A program made the position numbers and the translations under genes. A model generated the notes under the pieces. That model saw only the letters and a list, made by a program, of their open reading frames with translations. It was not told the origin of the DNA and did not search any database. A stretch of DNA of 64,000 nucleotides. Origin: Candidatus Poribacteria bacterium. GTDB taxonomy: Bacteria; Poribacteria; WGA-4E; GCA-2687025. The stretch spans positions 3,527 to 67,526 of the forward strand of contig JABGQA010000108.1 of NCBI GenBank assembly GCA_018644665.1, written 5' to 3'. Below, piece by piece: positions 57,582 to 64,000 of this stretch. Each line of letters opens with the position of its first letter. Within the stretch, counting starts at the first letter, position 1.

Positions 57582-58091
57582 TCAACTCCCCCACGCCGGG
57601 CGGGCGTATTCCGCCGGGATGCCTCCGGCGCGAAGGAACAAGCACAGACGCGCGACCCAAACGAGCAGGAACACCGAAGCAGACGGGATCAGCACCGCCA
57701 AGACGAATGACGGCGACACCGACCGTACGGGCCGATAGACGGCGAGTACCCCATAGATCCACACGACCACGAGAGACGCGAGGATCGGCAGGGCGAGCGG
57801 ATGGTAGCGCCAACTCGCGCCAATGCGGCCACTCAGCATCTCTCCTAGCGCGCGCGTCATGCCACAGCCTGGACACGGCACGCCTCCCACGATGCGCAGC
57901 GCGCACACGACAGGACCCGCGCCCGCGAATGGCGCATAGAGACGAAGCGCTGCCAGTAAAACGGGCAACCACACGATCGCCGCGACGGCCGGTAGCGCGC
58001 GCGATCCTCGCGTCGAGGAAGCTGCATCAGAGCGCACTGCATGACTCCGGTTCATGGACCCGCACGGGTCGACGCCATGAGTGGGCGTCAC
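57582..58091 (-). CDS. DUF2752 family membrane protein
   Basis: 169 aa with the CPGCGMTRA motif after the first TM helix, followed by further TM helices. Confidence 0.7.
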   Translation of the reverse strand: MTPTHGVDPCGSMNRSHAVRSDAASSTRGSRALPAVAAIVWLPVLLAALRLYAPFAGAGPVVCALRIVGGVPCPGCGMTRALGEMLSGRIGASWRYHPLALPILASLVVVWIYGVLAVYRPVRSVSPSFVLAVLIPSASVFLLVWVARLCLFLRAGGIPAEYARPAWGS

Positions 58092-58216
58092 TCGACCCGG
58101 CGGCCATCAGGCGTATGCTACAATAGTCTCGTCGTTCCTGCCCGTGGCGCGGTTATTGCGTGCTCGTTCGTAAGCAATGACGAGCGGGATTCCCGAGGAC
58201 GAAGGGCACAGCGCGA

Positions 58217-59128
58217 ATGGCGAGGCAGGATCGCGACGAGGTTACTCTGATCGATGCGGCGCGCGAGATGGGCATCACCCGGGCCGCGCTCTATGGACGC
58301 GTTCTGAGGGCGCGGAAACGCGGCGAGGCGGTCCCGTTCCGTAAGAGCGCTCCAGGCGGCCGGCTGGCGGCGGGCCGTAAGGAGCTGGACGCGTGGGTCG
58401 CGCAGTGGGCAGTCACCGCCGGGGCGCCGAAGGCTCCGGTTACCGCAGCGCGGCAGGAACCCCGTATGACACAGGAAGACAAAGCCATCAAGATCCCTTC
58501 GAGTTCTTCCGGCAATGCGGTCGGCGACCCGCTGGCAGCGTCCGCTGAGACGACGGCCGCTCCCGCGTCTAGGGAGCCGATACCGACGGTCGGCGCGCCG
58601 GTGATCGACGAGTTGCCGTCGAGCTACATGGAGAACCGAGTAACCACGCTCCTTCACGGCCCAGACCGCATTGCGGTCTATTGGGATGTGCACCCGGAGA
58701 CCGCGAAAGCGCATGCAGGCGGCCGCTGGGGCATTCTCGTGCGGACGGCGAGTGGCGAGACGGTCATTGAGATTGAGCACGGCGCCCGGAATTGGTACAT
58801 CGACCTGCCGGGCATCGGCCTGGCGCACGACATCGACTTCGGGCCTATTGTGGACGGGACCGTGCGGTCCATCGCCCACACCGGCGTTGTCCCGGAATCG
58901 CCCGCGGCGGACGAGATCACGTGGGGCGCAGCCGGCAGCGACGTTCGCTGGGGCCGTCAGGAGACGGTCGGGGAGACATCGCTCGTCAGCGAGCCCGCGT
59001 CGTCCGGGGACGCCGTCGATATCGCTCACGTGAACGCGGAGGAGTTGCGTCGCGCATCCTCAGCGGCGGGCAGGTCCGGTTCGTCGGGCGAGTTGAGCAG
59101 CCCGGGACTTTCCCGCTCCGGGGCGTAG
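58217..59128 (+). CDS. DUF4912 domain protein with an N-terminal HTH-like segment
   Basis: 303 aa. LPSSYMENRVTTLLHGPDRIAVYWDV matches the DUF4912 opening (LP..YG...l.ll.rDP.w.y.yW). The N-terminal VTLIDAAREMGITRAALYGRVLRARKRG looks like a small HTH. It lies directly upstream of a GH57 gene, as I recall for DUF4912 genes. Confidence 0.65.
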   Translation: MARQDRDEVTLIDAAREMGITRAALYGRVLRARKRGEAVPFRKSAPGGRLAAGRKELDAWVAQWAVTAGAPKAPVTAARQEPRMTQEDKAIKIPSSSSGNAVGDPLAASAETTAAPASREPIPTVGAPVIDELPSSYMENRVTTLLHGPDRIAVYWDVHPETAKAHAGGRWGILVRTASGETVIEIEHGARNWYIDLPGIGLAHDIDFGPIVDGTVRSIAHTGVVPESPAADEITWGAAGSDVRWGRQETVGETSLVSEPASSGDAVDIAHVNAEELRRASSAAGRSGSSGELSSPGLSRSGA

Positions 59129-59194
59129 CGCGGGCGTCGGCGCCTCCACATCGGCAAATCGCCCGACGTCGGGCGCAAGGTTGCGAGTTCACCC

Positions 59195-60793
59195 ATGCAC
59201 ACGACCGGGACGCCGCAGGGGTATTTCGCCCTCGTTCTGCACGCACACCTGCCGTTTGTGCGCCATCCCGAGCTTCCCCGGTTCATGGAGGAAGACTGGC
59301 TCTTCGAAGCCATCACGGAGACGTACCTCCCGCTCCTCGACACGTTCGAGGGCCTGGAGCGGGACGGCGTCGACTTCCGTGTGACGATGTCGCTCACGCC
59401 TCCGCTCGTGAGCATGCTCACCGACGAACTGCTGCAGGAACGGTACGAGACGTACCTAGACGGCCGGATCGAACTCGCGGGCCAGGAGATGGCGCGTCTG
59501 CGCGGGTCGCGAGAGCTGTACCCGCTGGCGGAGATGTACTACAACATCTTCACCCGCTCGCGGCATCGCTTCACCCATGGGTACGGCCGCGATCTGGTTC
59601 AGGCATTCCGAGGGCTGCAAGACCGCGGCTTCCTCGAGGTCATCACGTGCGGCGCGACACACGGGTTCCTCCCGCATCTCAAGGACCCGGTGGTGCAGCG
59701 CGCCCAGATTGAGGTGGCGGTCGACCAGTACGAGGAGCATTTTGGTCGCGGCCCGGTGGGCATATGGCTCCCCGAATGCGCCTATGTGCCGGGGATCGAG
59801 GAACTGCTGGCGCCGTTCGGGATACGCTACTTCCTGCTCGAGAACCACGGCATTCTCGATGCCGAGCCGCAGCCGGTGCGCGGGGTGTACGCGCCCCTGC
59901 TGACGCCCTCTGGCGTCGCCGCCTTCGGGCGAGACACTGAGTCTGCGCATCAGGTGTGGAGCCGTGACTCCGGCTACCCGGGCGACTACAACTACCGCGA
60001 ATTCTACCGCGACGTTGGCTTCGACCTGCCGCAGGAGGACGTTGCGCCGTATCTCCACAGCCCAGACATCCGGCACATGCTGGGGATGAAGTACTACCGC
60101 ATCACCGGCGACACGCACGATAAGGCGACGTACCATCCGGGATGGGCGCGGGATCGCGCGGCGGAGCACGCCGGAGATTTCCTGGCCAAGCGTCAGGAGC
60201 AGGCGGCGCGACTCGCCGACCTGATGGATCGACCGCCGCTGGTCGTCTCGCCGTACGATGCGGAACTGTTCGGCCACTGGTGGTACGAGGGCCCCCAGTT
60301 TCTGGACTTCCTGTTCCGCAAGATGCGCCACGACCAGGACGGCGTGGCGCCGATCACGCCCGGCGAATACCTGCGACGGCATCCGGTCAACCAGGTCGCC
60401 ACCCCGGCGATGTCGAGTTGGGGGGCCAACGGCACGTTCGAAGTCTGGCTGAACGGCACGAACGACTGGGTCTACCCGCATCTGCACAAGGCGGGAGAAC
60501 GGATGCGCGAGTTGGCGAGCCGCCACGACGCCGCCGAGGGCGTCCGCCGCCGGGCGCTCAACCAGGCCGCGCGCGAGCTGCTTCTGGCTCAGAGCAGCGA
60601 CTGGGCGTTCATCATGACGATGGACACGACGGTACGCTACGCGGTGCAACGCACGAAGAGCCACCTCGCTAGGTTCACGAAGCTGTACGAGGACATCACG
60701 CGCGACACGACGGATGTAGCGTGGCTCGAGGAGATCGAAGCGCGCGACAACATCTTCCCGCGGCTCCAATACGAGGTGTACCGGGACAGGTGA
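59195..60793 (+). CDS. GH57 family 1,4-alpha-glucan branching enzyme
   Basis: 532 aa with an N-terminal GYFALVLHAHLPFVRHPE. WLPECAY contains the catalytic Glu region and PYDAELFGHWWYEG the catalytic Asp region. A C-terminal DUF1957-like helical domain is present. Confidence 0.85.
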   Translation: MHTTGTPQGYFALVLHAHLPFVRHPELPRFMEEDWLFEAITETYLPLLDTFEGLERDGVDFRVTMSLTPPLVSMLTDELLQERYETYLDGRIELAGQEMARLRGSRELYPLAEMYYNIFTRSRHRFTHGYGRDLVQAFRGLQDRGFLEVITCGATHGFLPHLKDPVVQRAQIEVAVDQYEEHFGRGPVGIWLPECAYVPGIEELLAPFGIRYFLLENHGILDAEPQPVRGVYAPLLTPSGVAAFGRDTESAHQVWSRDSGYPGDYNYREFYRDVGFDLPQEDVAPYLHSPDIRHMLGMKYYRITGDTHDKATYHPGWARDRAAEHAGDFLAKRQEQAARLADLMDRPPLVVSPYDAELFGHWWYEGPQFLDFLFRKMRHDQDGVAPITPGEYLRRHPVNQVATPAMSSWGANGTFEVWLNGTNDWVYPHLHKAGERMRELASRHDAAEGVRRRALNQAARELLLAQSSDWAFIMTMDTTVRYAVQRTKSHLARFTKLYEDITRDTTDVAWLEEIEARDNIFPRLQYEVYRDR

Positions 60794-60884
60794 CCGGCGT
60801 CGCAAGTTGAAGGACCATGGGGCCCATGCTAATCTGGCCCGTCCGCGGATCGAACCGGCCCAGGGGAAGAAGGTCACGACGCCA

Positions 60885-63449
60885 ATGGCAATCTCTCGGA
60901 TATTCGTCGTCCATCAGACATACACGCGGATCGGGTATACGGACTACCAGGATCTGGTCTTTGAGTCGCACGGGCAGACCCTGAGCGAAGTCGCCGGGGC
61001 GTGTCATCAGACGCGCACGTACCCCGTGGCGGCGCAGTTCCGTTGGACATGCGACACGACGGGCCCCCTGCAGTATTGGCTGGCCGACGCCGAGCCGGAT
61101 GAAATCGAGGCGTTCGTCAAAGCCACGCAGTCCGGCGCCGTCGAGGTGACCGCGCTGCCGTTCCACATGACGCCGCTGCCGTCTCAGGCGGCGCTCATCC
61201 GCTACATCGAGAGCGTGCGGCAGCTTCGCCAGTTGGGCATTCCCATCACGACCGCGATGGGGGTGGGCGTGAACGGGATGTCTGCCGGCATCATCGACCC
61301 GTTGAGCCTGAGCGGCGTTTCGGCGCTCATGATGGCGATCGACGACCGGCGCGGCGGCGCCCCGTTCTCGCGGCCGGGTTCGTTCTGGTGGGAGTCGCCG
61401 GCGGGGAACCGCATCCTGGTGTGGAACGGGCTGCCGCTGGATGTCGCACGGACACACGGTGTCGGGGATTCGATGGAGACGGCGCGCGAATCGCTCGGCG
61501 GATACCTCGCGGATCTCACCGAGGGCGGATACCCGTACGATTTCATCGTCTTCCAGACCACTGCGGGTGGCGAAGGCGTGAACACGGGAATCGACAAGAG
61601 CCTGTGCGGATTCGTGCGTGACTGGAACAAGACCGCAGGTGACGACGAAGCCAAGATGGCGCTGGCGACACCGCGCACTGTCTTCGAGCATCTCGAGACG
61701 ACATACGGCCCCGACCTTCCGGTGCGCCACGGCGAGTGGGCAGACTGGTGGGCGGACGGCATCGCGTCTTCGGCGTACGAGACGCGCCTGCACCGCGCCA
61801 CCCACGCCGCGACACGCGATGCCGAGCACATCGCGGCATGCACATCGCGCGTGGCCGACGAGGACGGGCCAACGGGCGCGGACGTGGACGCTGCCGAGAC
61901 CTACTGGCACACCGCGTTGTATGACGAGCACACGTGGGGCTCCGAAGACAGCGTGACGGCGCCGTACTCGGCGCCAGTGCAGGCACAGTGGAATGCCAAG
62001 GCCGGCTACGCGTACCGGGCAGCGACGCTGAGTCGGGAACTGTTGCACGGCGCGTGCGACGATCTGCTCGACATGGTGGCGGCAAAGGAAGATGGGGTCA
62101 TCGTCTACAACCCGACTCCCTGGCCACGGGACGCGTTCGTGTTCTCGCCGGCGAGCGACCTAGACACGTCCATCGGCCTGGCCGACCCGGAGACGAACGA
62201 GCCGACCCCGAAGTGGGTCACCGACCACGGTATCTCCTTCGTGGCGCCGAACCTCCCGCCGCTGGGCTACAAGGTCTTCGCGTGGACGGACACGCAGTCG
62301 TTCCCAGAATCGGTCCTCAGTACTGAAGACACGGCAATCGAGAACCGCTTCTACCGGATCTCCGTGGATGCGCGTACGGGGTTGGTCCAGAGCTGGTACG
62401 ACAAAGAGTTGCGCCAGGAGCTGCTGGACGAGCGAGGGTCGTACGGCCTCGGTCAGCTCGTCCATGAACGTATCGACAGCGACGGCGGGCGCTCGTCCCT
62501 GTTCGACGGATCAGCGCGCGGTAAGCAACGACGGAGCGCGCCGCTGACGCGCACGAGCGCGATCTGCACGCGCGTGCGGAGCGGTCGCCAGTCGCCGCTG
62601 GCGGCGGGTCTTGTGTCGGAGTTCACCGCCCCCGGATGCCGCTCAGTTACCCAAGAGGTGGTGCTTTACGAGCACCAGAAGTGGGTCGACCTGTTCGTCA
62701 CGGTGGACAAGCTGCCGGTGACCGATCCGGAGTCGCTCTACGTGGCGTTCCCGTTCAACGTGCCGCGCTCCGTGACGCGTTATGACTCGCCCGCCGGTGT
62801 GACCCAGGTCGACCGGGACCTCCTCGAGGGCACGTGCCGAGACTGGCTCGTCACGCAGAACTGGATCGATTTCTCGAACGATCGCTTCGGCGTGACCGTC
62901 GCGACGCCGGACGCGCCGCTCGTGCAGTTCGGACGCATCAACACCGGGCGCTGGCAGACGCGGTTCGCGCCGCGTAGCGCCACGGCGCTGTCGTGGATCA
63001 TGAACAACTACTGGCATACCAACTACCGCGCCCAGCAGTCCGGGGAGACGACGTTCCAATACCGCCTCACGAGCCGCCAGGGCGGGTTCGATCCCGTCGC
63101 GGCGTGGCGTTTCGGAGCCGAGACGGCGCACCCGGCGATCGTCGAGGCGACGACGGCGAATCCGCAGGGCGCCCTGCCGGGCGACCTGCACTCCTGCCTG
63201 CGGGTCGAGCCCGATCACGTGGTCGTCGCCGCATTGCGAACGGACGACGACGGCGCCGGGGTGATAGCGCATCTCCGCGAGATCGCGGGCATCGATACCG
63301 TGGTTCGCATCACGCCTGCCTCGGCCGGGAAGGCCGCGCGCGTCACGCCCATCGGCGAGGGTGTCGAAAACGGGACACTGCCGACGCTCGATGGGTCGGT
63401 GATCGCTCACATTCCGGCGCGTGGGCTTCTGACGGTGCTGCTTTCTTAG
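60885..63449 (+). CDS. GH38-like glycoside hydrolase (alpha-mannosidase-fold N-terminal domain)
   Basis: Start at MAISRIFVVHQTYTRIGYTDYQ. This resembles the H.THTDIGYT variant of the GH38 N-terminal metal-binding strand. The length and beta-rich C-terminal half fit GH38 architecture. The call is tentative. Confidence 0.45.
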   Translation: MAISRIFVVHQTYTRIGYTDYQDLVFESHGQTLSEVAGACHQTRTYPVAAQFRWTCDTTGPLQYWLADAEPDEIEAFVKATQSGAVEVTALPFHMTPLPSQAALIRYIESVRQLRQLGIPITTAMGVGVNGMSAGIIDPLSLSGVSALMMAIDDRRGGAPFSRPGSFWWESPAGNRILVWNGLPLDVARTHGVGDSMETARESLGGYLADLTEGGYPYDFIVFQTTAGGEGVNTGIDKSLCGFVRDWNKTAGDDEAKMALATPRTVFEHLETTYGPDLPVRHGEWADWWADGIASSAYETRLHRATHAATRDAEHIAACTSRVADEDGPTGADVDAAETYWHTALYDEHTWGSEDSVTAPYSAPVQAQWNAKAGYAYRAATLSRELLHGACDDLLDMVAAKEDGVIVYNPTPWPRDAFVFSPASDLDTSIGLADPETNEPTPKWVTDHGISFVAPNLPPLGYKVFAWTDTQSFPESVLSTEDTAIENRFYRISVDARTGLVQSWYDKELRQELLDERGSYGLGQLVHERIDSDGGRSSLFDGSARGKQRRSAPLTRTSAICTRVRSGRQSPLAAGLVSEFTAPGCRSVTQEVVLYEHQKWVDLFVTVDKLPVTDPESLYVAFPFNVPRSVTRYDSPAGVTQVDRDLLEGTCRDWLVTQNWIDFSNDRFGVTVATPDAPLVQFGRINTGRWQTRFAPRSATALSWIMNNYWHTNYRAQQSGETTFQYRLTSRQGGFDPVAAWRFGAETAHPAIVEATTANPQGALPGDLHSCLRVEPDHVVVAALRTDDDGAGVIAHLREIAGIDTVVRITPASAGKAARVTPIGEGVENGTLPTLDGSVIAHIPARGLLTVLLS

Positions 63450-63476
63450 CAGCGGTCCACCCGCGACGGATCCTGT

Positions 63477-63508
63477 GACGGCGGGCGGCATTCAATGCGC
63501 CCGCCGTC
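63477..63508 (+). terminator. Strong GC-rich hairpin downstream of the GH38-like gene
   Basis: GACGGCGGGCG ... CGCCCGCCGTC forms a perfect 11-bp stem with a 10-nt loop that can pair further. It starts 28 nt after the stop and has no U-tract. Confidence 0.4.
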
Positions 63509-64000
63509 CTCGTGCTCGGCTCATGCGCTTAGGCCGTCAGTCGCCCGCTACCGTTCGAACGGCCCGGCGTCCACGCCGTATGCTCCGCGACCTCCCCACG
63601 CGAGCGCCATCTGGCGCTTCCTGTCCGACACCAGCGCCTGCCGGGTCACAGTCGACGGTGACCGTGAGAGTCCCCACGGTGGCTTCCTGCCCCCACTCGC
63701 CATCGTGACACGCCATGCGCGCCAACGTCTCGTCTCCACAGCGGCAGAACGGCCACGGCGATTCGGACTCCGCCCGGTGATGCCTGGATGGACGAGGCCT
63801 GTGAGCTGAGACCGCGCGCGCGACGCGGCACTCCCCGAGGTCCTCAACCGCGAGCGCGGGCGCGAGCACCCAGAGGGCGGCCAATCTAGGCGACGGGTCG
63901 CGCCTGTCCAGACATGCCGGCAGGAGTCCGTTAGCCCACGTCTACGGGATGCACGCCGAACGCGACTGTGGTGGCGCAGTCAGCATCCCCAACGCGACGT

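Noticed and set aside
60840-60865. tRNA-like GGATCGAACC motif between GH57 and the GH38-like gene
   Set aside because: The 91-bp gap is too short for a tRNA, and no acceptor, D or anticodon arms can be drawn.
54989-62048. ORFs 54989-56479(+), 55878-57047(-), 59456-60877(-) and 60696-62048(-)
   Set aside because: They overlap the SDR, the 547-aa hypothetical, GH57 and the GH38-like gene. Arg-rich translations indicate non-coding frames.
63537-63941. Minus-strand ORF (115 aa, TTG start) with a possible signal-like LAALWVLAPALA and a Cys-containing segment
   Set aside because: There is no canonical start with an RBS, an Arg-rich C-terminus and no recognisable family. It could be a real small secreted protein, but the evidence is insufficient.
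1-64000. Search for CRISPR arrays, rRNA/tRNA genes, IS elements, integrases, reverse transcriptases and toxin-antitoxin pairs
   Set aside because: I could not detect regularly spaced direct repeats, conserved RNA gene motifs or transposase/integrase/RT motifs by eye. Absence should be confirmed with tRNAscan-SE, Infernal, CRISPR detection tools and ISfinder-type searches.

Overview
This is a high-GC bacterial chromosomal segment, roughly two-thirds G+C by eye (not computed). It is densely coded, with about 50 protein-coding genes. I recognised no rRNA, tRNA, CRISPR array, transposase or integrase. Housekeeping content: the rimP-nusA-ylxR-infB operon, argH, an rlpA-pyrF-sugar transferase-galU-formyltransferase string, ileS behind a long terminator-containing leader, leuA and ftsY. 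Accessory content is mostly carbohydrate-related: a clan GH-D-like hydrolase, nagA, GH32, GHL10, a DegT aminotransferase, and a DUF4912-GH57-GH38-like alpha-glucan cluster. There are also a tricorn protease, a Na/Pi cotransporter and assorted hydrolases and oxidoreductases. The stand-out is a 1546-aa single gene at 33407-38047. It combines an N-terminal Mrr-like PD-(D/E)xK nuclease motif, a central NACHT/STAND P-loop NTPase and a ~900-aa C-terminal region that is not obviously TPR, LRR or WD40. It has its own AT-rich promoter-like patch, looks lower in GC than its neighbours, and is followed by a start-less gene remnant. I interpret it as an NLR/Avs-like anti-phage candidate with a possibly novel sensor. 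Secondary observations: an orphan FliK-like/FlhB-C-like pair with no flagellar genes nearby, leader terminators upstream of rimP and ileS, a radical SAM gene with a downstream membrane coiled-coil partner, and a 20-bp perfect palindrome in the nagA/radical-SAM divergent region. Many long antisense or alternative-frame ORFs in the track are high-GC artefacts. All family calls come from motif recognition by eye. No database search was run.
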